A stretch of 64,000 nt of DNA, from assembly GCA_043228905.1 (NCBI GenBank), contig JBHGNT010000003.1:20770001-20834000 (forward strand). The letters run 5' to 3'. Within the stretch, counting starts at the first letter, position 1. Each line of letters starts with the position of its first letter. This DNA is from Azolla caroliniana. Taxonomy: Eukaryota; Plantae; Polypodiophyta. The position numbers and the translations under genes are program-made. The notes beneath the pieces are model-generated. The model was not told where the DNA came from, searched no databases, and worked only from the letters and a program-made list of their open reading frames with translations. Of this stretch, positions 27,001 through 38,675 are shown piece after piece.

Positions 27001-30000
27001 TTAAGAGTGACCCAAAACAAAGAGTCTGCTGAAGTAAGGAAAGCACCCAATGCCAATACATACAGATTCCTAAACTACCTTAACTTAATTGAGGCTTATA
27101 TAGATCAGAGATGTTCGATATACAGTATAGAGGTCATAAACACCGCAGTAGGGCTCGTTTTCACTTTGGACCCAATGCATGGATCCTGTTCATATGTTCT
27201 CTAAGATCCTTAATTATCAAGTGATCCATGTCAAAGAGGCATCTGATTCGGTAATAATATGAAGTGGCATGATGGTCCCGGTGGAATTTCGTGTGTAGGG
27301 ATAAAATCCAGACAGGGTTGTGCACCAGACACATAGCTTACCAAAATGTTGTAAAAGATGCTAGTTGCTATCTCTCACCTCTTCAGAGAGGCATCAGTAA
27401 TAAAAAATATAAAAAGCATTAGCTAATAATCAATATATATTAATCCCATGCATCCTTGTATCTTGATTCTCCATAAAAATATCCAGTTGGATCCCCAGCA
27501 TTCCTATGAGCCAATAAATGACTGATGATAGTTTCACTATTAATAAACTCGCTTGTGTATTGATCTCCACCTTGGTAGTCTGTCAAAGTTTTTTGACAGC
27601 TAAAGCTTGTAAATTTTAAAAATCTTTCATTAGAACCACTTTTTAAATAATGGCATGTTGCAGTTATTCATACCATCCAATGCGCATCTTTTCGAGATCT
27701 ATTCTCCATTCCCGCTGGCGAGCAAGTTCCTCTCTGTATTGCCGTACCGTTCGTCTCTCTGCAACATATGTCTCATAATTCCATGCTTCACCAAACAAAT
27801 ACAAGGGTCTATATTCTTGAAACATCTAATACAAGAAACAGAATCAATATACAGGATTAGGTATTTATTCCCATGCATATAAAAGGAAGTTCGATTTCCA
27901 ACCTGTGAATACTTCCGAACTTCCACAAAACAAGCTCTTATAATACGTTCAATGTTATTACGACACTGTAAAGAATATCTGGATTCCCTGAATAAATTTA
28001 CAGGGTTAAGTCCAAAAGATTTATGATCAAAAAATGATGAATAAACTCTCATATACAGAAGCCGAGGTGCGGTCTGCAAAATCTGCACAATCCCTTCAAC
28101 AGCAGTTCCAAGTGCCTGAACAGATTTATTGGAGAGTTTAGAAATCTTTCCCAAAAGCCAAATTTTGTTTTCCAAAATATCTCATATGATAGTCATAGAC
28201 ATCATGGGCTTTCATGTTTTACAAATCATAATTCATTTTCACAATATTCACCCCATGAGTATCTCAGTAAATCCCATTATCTAGAATATGTTACATTATT
28301 CTTGACCCAATGTATCACCGAAATGAGTCCTGGACGCAGATATGACACTAGTGATCTGTGAAAAATGTTCTCAGGTAAAATCAAAACTCACTAAGTTTTC
28401 AGCATTAAGTCATACAATGATCAGCACAAAAGTCTTTACCGACTTTAAAAGTTGACAAGGTCTTCATAAGAGTGAATCACAACAAAGAAAAAACTAAGAA
28501 CTCCAACAATAGAACATCAAAAACAAATAATGCAGCTTCAGGCAACATGTATTTAAAGTAAGTAATTATTGCAATCACCAATGCCATTGTAACTAGATCA
28601 AAACTGTGGAACCATCAACTTCATCATGCATAGAACACTGCTAAAAGCTAGTATATATCTGCCCATTCCTAATCATAAAAAGAAAGGAACGCAAATCAAA
28701 TCAGAGGTATGTAAATAGCACATCAATATGAGACTGAAACAGGGGGAAACAATGTGTACAAAGAAATACGAAAAAAAACAAATGTCTCTGGAGACTAAAT
28801 TTGGTTCATCAGCCAAATCGGATGTAGGAACATTTGCTTTCATTCAGTATGGATGCACTATATTCCACTTTGTTTAGCTTTCACGCATGTAAGACAAATA
28901 CTCACTGAAATAATTGCATCTTCATCAGGCGAAAAGACTATGCTTGATTCAGCAAAAGACACGGTGGTAATAAAAACACCTTTCGAACCCTTTTCTAGAC
29001 CAGCTTTAGTAGATTCCAAAAAGTTATAAAATTCCTCAAGTGACAAAATGCTGCGATACAGCAAACTTTCCACAAACATATAATCAGCCAGCTTTATAAA
29101 CACCCCAAGCATTTTTTCTTCCGCCATAATTCGGCGATATGTCTTGGCACGCTCAACCTTTTCATTCCGAATGCTCACCATACCTTGCACTTTGCTTCCT
29201 CTAGGCTGATGTAGATTGACACCAATTACATCATCAAGTTCACTTTCATCACGTACACTTTCCTGCATATAAAACCGTTCCTTGAAATTTTTATTGTGCA
29301 ACATAAACATGAACAGAACAATAGAGAAATATCAATCCGAAAGCATAGCCCTCATAGGGTGTCAGGATCTCAGGATGCTTTCTTGGGATTAGATTTCAAT
29401 ACTTTTGGAAAATGACTACCTTTGATATAACTTCATTTCAGCCATTTTCAGAGAACCGCAATTTCAATTTCAATGGTCATGCCCCAAACTTGAGTAGAAA
29501 TCAAATTTTTTTTGTTACTTGCACTGATGTGTTACCTTAAAGAGTTGTAATATTTGTCAACTCTGATAGGTAGTTACAGTAGTTTAAATGGTTGATATAT
29601 CTCCATCTTGGACAGCCTACATTGGAGATCTTTCAGGAGGCAGAAGTTTCAGTTTATCTAAGCTCAAAATGGTATGTGTTTGGCTACTAGGAATATTTGG
29701 TACTGTAGGCAATTTTACTAACCTAGTTATATTCATTTTGGTTTGTTGTACTCCAAGATCTAACATCTCTTGACATAATCCCTTGTTGGGACCTCATTGC
29801 CCATTGTGGTATATTAAGAGACATTTATATATCATTCATTTTAAAATCATTTTATATCCACAAAGATTTCTCGAGGCCTTGATAAAACTGAAGTGATAGT
29901 GTTAAACACCATTCAAACATGGTAGTGAGATCAGAACCAGGATTCTTCTTGGGAAAGGAAAAGGTGGCCTTGTTTCTAATTGTTTGTATACATTGTCTCC

Positions 30001-33000
30001 CAAGGGTACCAAGGACTGCATATCCATGAGATACTCGAGTACAGAGAGCCTCATAAAGGGACAGATTTGGTGTGTTCTCTAGTTTTGATTATGCCAACAC
30101 GATAAGAAGCAAGGCTTCATTACCCATGATATAGTCTGGGCGGAGATGGAACCAGTCCCAATAGTTACTTATGCGTCATTCCAATCAGTGACGAGTATGC
30201 AATGGATTTGGATGCCCCCTAAGAAAAGGTACTCAAGACTAGCACTTATGTCATCAAAATACCTAGCTAAACATGGATATAGTTATTATTATTATGCTGA
30301 AATGCAAGAATGGCTCTGGTCAAAGATATCAATATAAATGCACTTTCCCACTCCAATATAGCTTGCATTATCCACAGTGAACATGACTAAACTGGAAAAG
30401 AATGCAGTGACCTGAACTGATATCATTATTTAGGACCACAAAAGTAAGATCTTGATTAGGACACAAAGCGGTTACGATACGTCAGGCAATAGCACTTTGA
30501 CGTGCACATAGACCCCAGTCATCCAGACCACAGCCCCATCACTCTTCTCAACAACAGATAAAGACCATAATCACCCAGCATAAAAAGTGTGTCCATCAAT
30601 TCAGAGACCTCTCCATCTTGGATTGGACCATGTTGGAGATCTTTCTATGGGACAAAATTTAGTCAAGCTAAGTTCAGAATCTTAAGTGCTTAGCTAATGA
30701 GACTCTTTGATACCTTAAATTTGTTATTTTTATTTGTGTTCTCAAAGACTGCACAACATTTTGAAATATTGTCAAGTTCAGTCTCAGGCCATTTCAGCCT
30801 CTGAAAGATGTTTATCTTTCTTGCTTGCTTGTTTTTTTCTTTTTCTTTCTTTGAAGAAATTTTTACATTTTCCTATGCTTCACAGGATAATATAGTGTAT
30901 ATTATATATACATATAGAAAAATGTAAAAATTGCATATATATACACTTTCATTAAATTGCTTCAAGCCAATATAGTCCATGATCTCTTACCTCAATCCAT
31001 TGTTCCTGTCTGATTTACTGACGTTTGTACATAATAAAATCATAAGTCATTACTATTGTGGTCAGGCTATTTCCGATCTATATTCTACTCCCAAATTTCC
31101 TTTGGAACAAACTTTAAATTCTTGCTATGCTTTACAATGTATTGACAGGAGCATTTCTGCCTTCCCTTCAATTGCTTCTAGTTAGCACAATTGACCTTTT
31201 AATCAATTCAGTACTACTATTCCTGTGAATTTACTAGCATTTGTGCAATAGAATCTTAAGTCATTACCATTAAGGGCAGACAACTTCTGATTTATAAGAT
31301 TTCCTTTGTATCAATCTTTACATTCTTGCTATGCTTTACAAGAATTTTGAACAGCTATATGCTTTCCTTCAATTGCTCTAGGTAAAGCAAATCATGATCT
31401 CTTAATCAATTTATTTCTACTATTGTTATGGACTTCTGCAGGCTAGGAAAAAACCAGGAGAAATAGATCGAATTTCTGGCTATTGTAAGTCTAGACGAAA
31501 CTGGTTCCACTTCTATCAGAGCTAAAATTCAGCATTTTGTATGATCCTCAATACTGAAAAGCTCGTATCCCGAAGCCTCGAGTTACATGTCCTACAAGCT
31601 TGAGATACTATTCCGAGGAGACACATTACAACCATATCATACAAATCGTCATTTAGTCAATTCCATTGTGAACAGGAAATACGACTTGGATATTGTCCTG
31701 AACTAAAAAGCTTATAGACAAACACATCCAGGGCTGTCAAGAGTTAACAATTGTTTCCTGCTAGACATTTGCATTTTTCAAATTCTTGTCAAGACCAGCT
31801 TAGCTTGTAGTGATTAATAAAACAATTATAATCATAGAGAACAATTCAAAAAGTTTCTTATAAAGAGGATTACAAAAAGGGAGTCATGCAAACTATACTC
31901 GAAAGATTTCAGCTTGTTTTTTGACATCTTGGCAGACTTTCCCCAAAACTTGTTGTATCTTATCAGAGCAGGCCTCAACAGCAAGACTAACAACGTGGTG
32001 TCTTTGTTGACTTTGAGCATCCAAGAACTCATCAATAGTATACAGTCTATTCGATGCGAACAACAACATCTTTAAGTCCATTAAATCACATATATATCCA
32101 TTTATCTGAAGTAATGCATTGAGAAAAGCAGGCTTTCCTTTGAATAGCTTTAACATCAATGTCTCACGCACTCGCTTGAAATTTCTCCGTCCTACCTTCT
32201 TTTTCCAGAGAGTGAATGCTTTTTGAATAAGATACCTTCCGAAGAACTTTATACGCCTTAGAGAGAGAAAAATGTTTCTATCATGTTTCCAATCCTCCAA
32301 TGAGATTGCAGTTGCTTCCATTGTAGTTCCTGCAAAATTACATTATATAAACATTCGTTAACATAAAACTTCAAGTTTACGAAGCCATCATCATCCACTG
32401 CATGACCATTATGTCTCCAACTACATTATTTCATAAGTCCTAATGTTCGGTTAAATTAAGAAAGATCAATGAGTACCCAATGCACACTAAGCCAAATTCT
32501 GCACAGCATGCACCATAAAATATGTTTCATCAATTAGAATTAGTTTAATGCCTCAAGAAGTTTAGAATACAACCTCCTCAACATCTGATTCTATTGATTC
32601 TCATGCTTGTAAACGTGGTCAGGCTATTGTGTGAGTTGATGATCAAGATTCTAAAATTTTGTTCTTGGACAAGGTCTACAAACTTCACACATAAGAAGCT
32701 TTCCCTAACATCCACATATTTGATGTAGTACCACTACTTAAAACTTGTTCTCATTATAAGACAACAACTAAACCAGGAAAATTCCTTCAATGTACATGTG
32801 CATTCTTATTCTTTGGCTAAAAATCTTGAAATCACATTGAATACATACTTGAGGGGAACTTTGCACTAAAATGTTCCATATAATTTATGGATTCACATTA
32901 CTTGTCTAGAAACTTGCAATTATGTGAAGTTCTTCAATGAATATGCACATTCACATTCCTTAATAATAAAAAACTGCATTACGATTGAACAAGGATGAAC

Positions 33001-34016
33001 TTATTTGATACACCTGTCAATACCCTATTCCCAGAATGTAGAAAAAAACTTTCAATTATGTTGAAATAATTCTTTTGCTAACCTGGTCCCGGTTCAATAT
33101 GAACTATCCCTTTGGCCGAGATTATGAAATGCTCTGGATCCACCTTCTCTCTTGGTACTATAACAAGTTCATATGGTGTAAACTCCGTCTTAGAATTAGA
33201 TCGATTACAATACACAAGCTCAACCATGGAACGATTTCCAGCCTCAGCAAAGTATCTCATTGCATCATCGCCCGTCTTCAAATCACAGAAATTCAAGCTG
33301 TCGTCGGCTTCTGTATATTTTTCACCCCAAGCCACAGGTCTTTCCCTCGTTAAGCTTCCTCTTGAATGCATGACCTCATTAGTGGTGTTACTACAAGGGA
33401 TACTCTTCTCTTCATCTTGGTTAGCCACCGGCTTTTCCCTACCCGAGAAAACTGCCAGTTTTGGTGTACTCGAGAACAGTATCATGCCACCAACTCCATC
33501 ACCTCGCTGCCTCTGCCTTCTTCTCGGAAGCTTATACATAGATTTGAGCTCTCTTTCATTAGGAAACACTAACAATGTTTTTCTTTGTTCTTCTATTTTT
33601 TCTTCTTCCTTTTCAAAAACAGAATCTTCAGGATGCCATACACCAAACCTCCCTAGTGTATTCATAGAACTCGATGCCTCGGTCTTATTAAAACCTGTTT
33701 GCATTGACGAAAAAACATCATTAAAATTTTGATTTTTAGGGATTTCTGGAGTGACCTCATTTGGAAAACCGCCATTCCTGCCCTGTTTCTGCCCTATGGA
33801 GAAAGTTTCTCCATGACCAATGGAGTTTAAATTAATGGGCTTTTGATGTTTTTTCCTTCTTGATTTCTGATCATTGTCTGGTGTAAAGAACAAACTGGTC
33901 GTGGCTTCATTGTTTCTCTTCTTGGGAGATCCATATTTGCGCTTCAGCCCAGGGTTAGGGGAAGGACCCATGGGAATGTCTCCAAAGTGTGAGAAGGATT
34001 TCTTCATATTTTCCAT
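1..34016 (-). CDS. Axonemal dynein heavy chain, single-headed inner-arm type (DNAH3/7/12-like by inference); 3' part continues beyond the left edge
   Basis: AAA1 P-loop [16 protein letters not shown] and CFDEFNR; AAA2 GQPFSGKT; AAA3 GPTGTGKT; AAA4 GVGGSGRQS; start of stalk/MTBD at 1-569. Exons traced with GT-AG ends: 34016-33083, 32329-31899, 29262-28906, 28115-27903, 27825-27674, 23113-22909, 22774-22370, 19876-19622, 19540-19388, 19112-18852, 18625-18362, 18266-18015, 17849-17259, 16869-16711, 16221-15991, 9893-9390, 8624-8352, 8271-7336, 7252-7055, 6735-6523, 5737-5490, 5345-5054, 4832-4662, 4266-4030, 2008-1910, 1776-1669, 1576-1433, 569-<1. The start codon is tentative. Confidence 0.96.
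2390..2732 (+). mobile_element. Degenerate 3' fragment of the resident LINE family
   Basis: Matches the ORF end and 3' terminus (AAGATGCAATCTCTC...GCCATTTTGGCCTCTTAAAAGATGTT) of the long copies. Confidence 0.7.
2905..3020 (-). mobile_element. LINE 3'-end copy (5'-truncated)
   Basis: Reverse complement of the conserved 3' terminus with a degenerate (CTTT)n tail. Confidence 0.85.
3470..3805 (+). mobile_element. Two head-to-tail degenerate LINE 3'-end copies (~3470-3625, ~3690-3805)
   Basis: Both carry AATCTCTCATTCGGTCTCATAGG followed by CT-rich tails. Confidence 0.75.
10018..10225 (+). mobile_element. LINE 3' UTR copy (A)
   Basis: Near-identical to 15597-15810. Confidence 0.9.
10510..12372 (+). 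mobile_element. Old, internally deleted LINE copy (B)
   Basis: Homology to the start of the long copies (AGTTGGCATGAT...GCAACCTTCCAGCACCTC), to post-RT segments, to the zinc-knuckle remnant ([21 protein letters not shown]) and to the 3' terminus; the RT core is deleted. Confidence 0.85.
12380..12730 (+). mobile_element. Old LINE 3' fragment (C)
   Basis: ATGGGGTTACAATAGATC and PMLEIFQRQ match the ORF C-terminus; degenerate terminal hairpin. Confidence 0.75.
12737..12961 (+). mobile_element. LINE 3' UTR copy (D) with (CTTT)n tail
   Basis: Close match to the 3' UTR consensus. Confidence 0.9.
12986..15810 (+). mobile_element. Non-LTR retrotransposon (RTE/RTEX-like by inference), long copy E, disrupted by frameshifts and stops
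   Basis: RT motifs [20 protein letters not shown] and LLYADD; CCHC knuckle; 3' UTR and (CTTT)n tail; ORF split among 12981-13919, 13856-14098, 14123-14347, 14296-14733 and 15204-15476. Confidence 0.95.
16380..16450 (-). mobile_element. Short LINE 3'-end fragment
   Basis: CCAAAATGGCCTAGAAGACCAAATAAG...TCTCATCTTTGAGAAC. Confidence 0.7.
20524..21373 (-). mobile_element. Three head-to-tail LINE 3' copies (21373-21094, 21065-20728, 20725-20524)
   Basis: Each has a (GAAA)n tail on the plus strand followed by TTAAGAGGCCAAAATGG... Confidence 0.9.
21895..22090 (-). mobile_element. Degenerate LINE 3'-end copy
   Basis: (GAAA)n followed by TTTAAGAGGCCAAAATGAC. Confidence 0.75.
24117..26963 (-). mobile_element. 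Non-LTR retrotransposon long copy I, nearly intact RT-CCHC-PIP ORF with no visible endonuclease
   Basis: ORFs 25289-27061 and 24323-25276 are in the same frame, separated by a single TGA (CGA in copy E); YADD reads YADY; [12 protein letters not shown] knuckle; (CTTT)n tail. Confidence 0.96.
29595..30835 (+). mobile_element. Two head-to-tail old LINE copies (~29595-29835 and ~29880-30835)
   Basis: [20 protein letters not shown] matches the LINE ORF; degenerate 3' termini at ~29830 and ~30815. Confidence 0.8.
31095..31435. repeat. Diverged ~205 bp tandem duplication in dynein intron 2
   Basis: ATTTCCTTTG...ATTCTTGCTATGCTTTACAA...TTCAATTGC...TTAATCAATT occurs twice. Confidence 0.7.
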
Positions 34017-34202
34017 CAAAACATATACAAAAATACATTCAATGTTCTCCTTCACAAATTTGTCTCTGCTTCATCTCCCAACTCCATGGATGGTTCTCAG
34101 AGAAGAAACAGAGAGAAACAGAGCAGTTATTGCATATCACTCCCTTTGCTTCTAATGGAGCCTCATAATAATTAATAATAATAATAATAATAATAAGGAT
34201 TT

Positions 34203-34260
34203 TGGAAATTCCACAAATACCCCTGAGAAATTTTCTTTATTTCCCAGAAATGCCCCTGAG
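34203..34260 (-). promoter_or_regulatory. Two AGGGG(T/C)AT..TGG(G)AA motifs upstream of dynein
   Basis: The same core motif occurs in sense orientation upstream of FGGY, DCP5 and the zinc-finger gene. Confidence 0.4.
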
Positions 34261-34354
34261 AGGCTTTTCCCTTCTCACAAGAAAAGCCTTTGTAAGGCAA
34301 GTAGTAGTCGAGAGACACCCATGGTTTCTCTGTACTCTTGTTTGCATAGACAAT

Positions 34355-34590
34355 GAACATGACACTATAATAACCTTATCAGAATCCTACTGTCCATGGA
34401 CACCAAGGGTTCTCAACTCACACCTCTACCCTTTAGGTTTGATATTCCTCGTCTTTTTAGTTTCGAGGTAGTACACACTCATAAACAGGACACTATGATA
34501 ACCTTATTAGAATCCTACTATCCACGTTGAGGTTCTCGACTCGCCCCTCAACCCTTTAAGCCTGACATTCCTTGTCATTTTAGCTCCAAT
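34355..34590. repeat. ~130 bp two-copy tandem repeat
   Basis: GACACTAT(A/G)ATAACCTTAT(C/T)AGAATCCTACT...GGTTCTC occurs twice. Confidence 0.75.
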
Positions 34591-35820
34591 GGGACTTGAC
34601 CTTCTTTTTTGCGCAATCGGGACAAGCTTGTAGACATTGCCCAACACAACAAGCACATGGCATCATTAGGTGTGAACACGTAAATAAGCAAAAAGGTCTC
34701 ACAAGGTCGCCTCCTCAAACAAAGAAAGTGAGAAGAATGATATGCATTTGTTCCTTGCAAACATGGGTTGACATAACAAAGGTCAACCAAGCATGCAAAC
34801 CATGTTGATACAAGCGATCAAGCATTTGTGCATTAAAGCCCAACAAACATTTTGTCATAGAAGTGTGTGGTCTCCATCTTTGCCATATGAAGGGAGAGAC
34901 AATGTCCGTCTTCAATGCAGAGGATATTATGATACTTTACCCATTCTATTACATGAAATATTGCGTCCAAAATCTTATGTAAAACCAAGTCCCTTCTTTA
35001 TCGTGTTGTTGATTAGTGCTTGATTAGGAGTGTTCTTATTGTTGAAAACTTCCATTTAATTATTGATACAAATTCTTATATTTGGTATATTCTCACTCTC
35101 TACTATACTATACTCATACGCATAATTCATAACACATCATACATCTATCTATTTTTGTTGTGTGAAGGATACCAAATCATTACAACATTCCCTAATAATC
35201 AAGGTTAGACAAAAGTTGAACACGATGATTGGACGTTATGATGTTGATTGATTGGCAACTTGGTATTTGATCATCATTCAAGCCCACGATGCATGCATGC
35301 ATTGAGAAAGCAACAAACAACAAACCATTAAACTAAAAAGCAACTCATAGCCACAAACATTAATGGACCATCAAAGTCCCATTTGGCGATTGGTATTGAC
35401 CTGTATTGACGCCCATTTCATGCCTGTTACGCATCGATTAGAAAACCATTGGACCGACAAAAAGGAAGTCGTCTCGCAACCTTAGAGAAGGCCAATCATT
35501 TTTGGGAGCTCAACAATCGAGCTTTCAAGATCGAAAGGATACCAACATGTACAGCACAGAAAGAGACTCTGAGTCTCTATCCAAATTGAAGATCACATGC
35601 GGACCTTGGGGGGGACTAAACATGGGAAAAACCTCCCCTAAATTTAAAGGACCTTGGGAACTAAACATGACAAAACCTCCCCCAAATCTAAAGGAGATAT
35701 AAATTTAATTAGAAACACATACACAACGAATTAGCGACTACTCATTTGTAACTAAACAACCGCCCTCTTGTCTGTCTCTGTGTATCTCTCTCTGTGATTT
35801 GCTCAGTGAATTGGATCCGA

Positions 35821-37948
35821 ATGGCAGAGCATGGATCAGTGAAAATCGCCCATTCCTCAGATTCCTGGTACAAGATCCTCGAAGATGCAACAATTCAATC
35901 CAACCTCGTAAATTTGATTCTCTCTCCCCCCCACCTCCTTCACCTCACAGATGAATGAATGGACCCTGTAATCTATATTTAGTTCCCCCCCCCCAACATA
36001 TAATCAATTCGAAACCTCCCCCAACCCATCCAATTGTTTTGATATTTATATGCATATATGCATATCTAAATTCCAGTTTGAGTTCATTAATCATTCTCAG
36101 TCCCAATGTGTGTTCATTAATTTTCATTACTCCATTCACATCTCGAACCATTAACTTTCCTTACCCAATTCAGATCTCCAACCATTAAATTTTCCTTAAT
36201 CCAATCCAATATGGCCCCATCAGTTTTCCTTTAATCTTATCCAAATTGGGTTCGTTTGTTTTCCTACTTCCAATTTGAGAACATAATTGGCTTAATTGGT
36301 TTTCCTTAATCCCAATTTGTGTTCATTCATTTCTATTCAATCCAATCCGGGTTCAAGTTGGTTTTCCTTGAGCCCAAATTGGGTTAGTTAAAATTCCTCA
36401 ATCTAATCTTAAGTTGGGTTCTTTGCCATTCCTTAATCCAATCCAATTGGGATAATTTCCCTAATCCCTATTCTGGCTCATTAATTTTACTTAAATCCCA
36501 ATTCCAAATTGAATAATTTAGTCTTTCTTAGTCCCAACTAGGGATTTCTAATCCATGACATGATGAGCTTTATTTATTTATTCCATTAAGTAAACCTCAA
36601 GTGTATAAAAAACAAAGGAAAGCATGTGTATGAATGAGAATTAGCAGAACGGATTATGATGGAAACATGTATGCATAGTTTGATTACAAATTAGATTAAA
36701 AAGGCAATTGAAATGATCTTTGAAGTTGAAATTGAGATTGAGATATGTTTTCTTTTTTTAAAACCACCACATATGCATTATAGGTTGTGGTGGCCTTCGA
36801 GGCCAAATGGTGTGGACCCTGTAAACTTGTCGCCCCTACATTTAGTGAGCTCTCCAAGAAGCATCGAAATGTTATCTTCGTCAAGATCAATGTAGATGAA
36901 ATGCAGGTAATTCCTCCCTCGCACATATACAAGACACCATTTATGTGGCACATAATACAAAGATGTTACCTTACAAAGCACACTACAATAACATCGCCTT
37001 TACATTTAATTTTCAGTCATGTCACTTTGTTAAATGCAATGTTATTAAAGGCTCTCGGTTCAGGTCATTCTCCATCTCATTTTAGTTTGAGATCATGTTG
37101 TGCATTAAGGGTTCACAATGGAATCATCTTCATTTTCAAAAAATACAAAGCTTGAAAACAATATATCACGATCTTCTTCCAAGGTCTTTCCAGTAATGCC
37201 AAATCATAAACACAGATAAGGGATAGATGCCCCAACGAATATTTATGATTGTTGGTCGTGAAAAATGTGTGATGAGCCATTGATGTCAAATTCTTACTAA
37301 CGTCGACGGTTGTAGTTTTTGAACCTTAAAACCTTGTCATCGCCCCTTCATTCAAGAGGTCACATTTTTATAAACAATAGCAATCGGGTCGCATTCAACG
37401 ATGTTCTAGATCATATCTAGCATGGGAAGCCAGGGTGTGTATCTTTTGTTTCACATGTTTATTGATTGGTTTTTTCCATTTGTTTGCTTGGTTTATCCAC
37501 TTTGCACATGTTTAAGATATCATAGCTTTTGTACATGATCATTTAGACACTCTACGTTGGCATCACTCTCACTCATGCTTCAATCTAAGTTCTTTCTTCG
37601 TGATTAATTTAACGCATCATTGTTTGAAGAAGTCTTATTCATTTTATCTTAAAAATGTAAATGATATAATCGAGAAAGTAATGAAAGAAGGATTTAAACC
37701 AAAACGTAGAAAGGTGGTCTAAATAAACAAGATTATAAAAGTTGTTCAAAATTTCATTATTTATGCTCCTTTATGTATGTTAGAATGTTGCAACACAATG
37801 GAATGTCCAAGGAATGCCCACTTTCATCATCATCAAGGATGCTAAAGAGCTTGAAAGGGTTGTAGGAGCAAACCAAGAGGAGCTTGAGAAAAGGGTTGCT
37901 TACCACGTTCAACATTTTCACGATAGATCACAATGCAGTCACAAGTGA
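35821..37948 (+). CDS. Thioredoxin h-type
   Basis: Exons 35821-35907, 36784-36906, 37784-37948; WCGPC active site, MPTF and VVGA motifs; typical three-exon TRX h layout. Confidence 0.92.
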
Positions 37949-38675
37949 CAAAATTACACAAATGACTAATCTTTATTGCAATGCGTCAACCTTATTTCCA
38001 TTCCATTATCTCAAAAATTAGTGAGATTTGTACACAAATTTATTCAAAGCATATATTTCCTTGCATTGTTGCTAAATCTTAAAATTGGCTCATTTAAAAA
38101 ATTGTACCATAATATTAATCACTCTATGGAAATCTTAATTACTCCATGGAAACCCTAAATCCTAACAAAATATTTTTATCTTAATTATGAATCTTACATG
38201 GCCCATGCCCATTTACAATCCATACCTAGTGGATTCTCACCCAACACATTTTGTTTACATAACTCACAAAGAACATAAGCCCTATATTTAATGACTTTAT
38301 ATGCTTGCTTCGAGAGATTATGGTTTATAATGCATCACAACATTGTTATGTACAATTCTCATAAGGTGCACGTTCTTGGCAACTTTGTTAAGTCTGCTTT
38401 GAAGTGATTTATTGGATTAGTGATGATTGTTGGTGGTCATGCACACAAGGGTCACACAAATCTCAACCACCAATAGTGTTCTTATTTTTGGATAAAAAGA
38501 TTCAACCGCGCTTGGTAGAAGACCAAAATTGAACAAAAGAACACATATAGTATGTGGTCATGAATTATGGAGTACTTTCGGAATGTTTAGAAGAATGACA
38601 TGTACACTTTACATCCCTTTTTAACATTTTGTGAATTTGCATTCCTCTTTACTTTTGCCACAAGATTGTAAATGT

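Noticed and set aside
33112-33732. 206-aa plus-strand ORF
   Set aside because: Antisense shadow of dynein exon 1
1-34016. U12-type or non-canonical introns in dynein
   Set aside because: All 27 traced introns are GT-AG and none shows a U12 donor consensus
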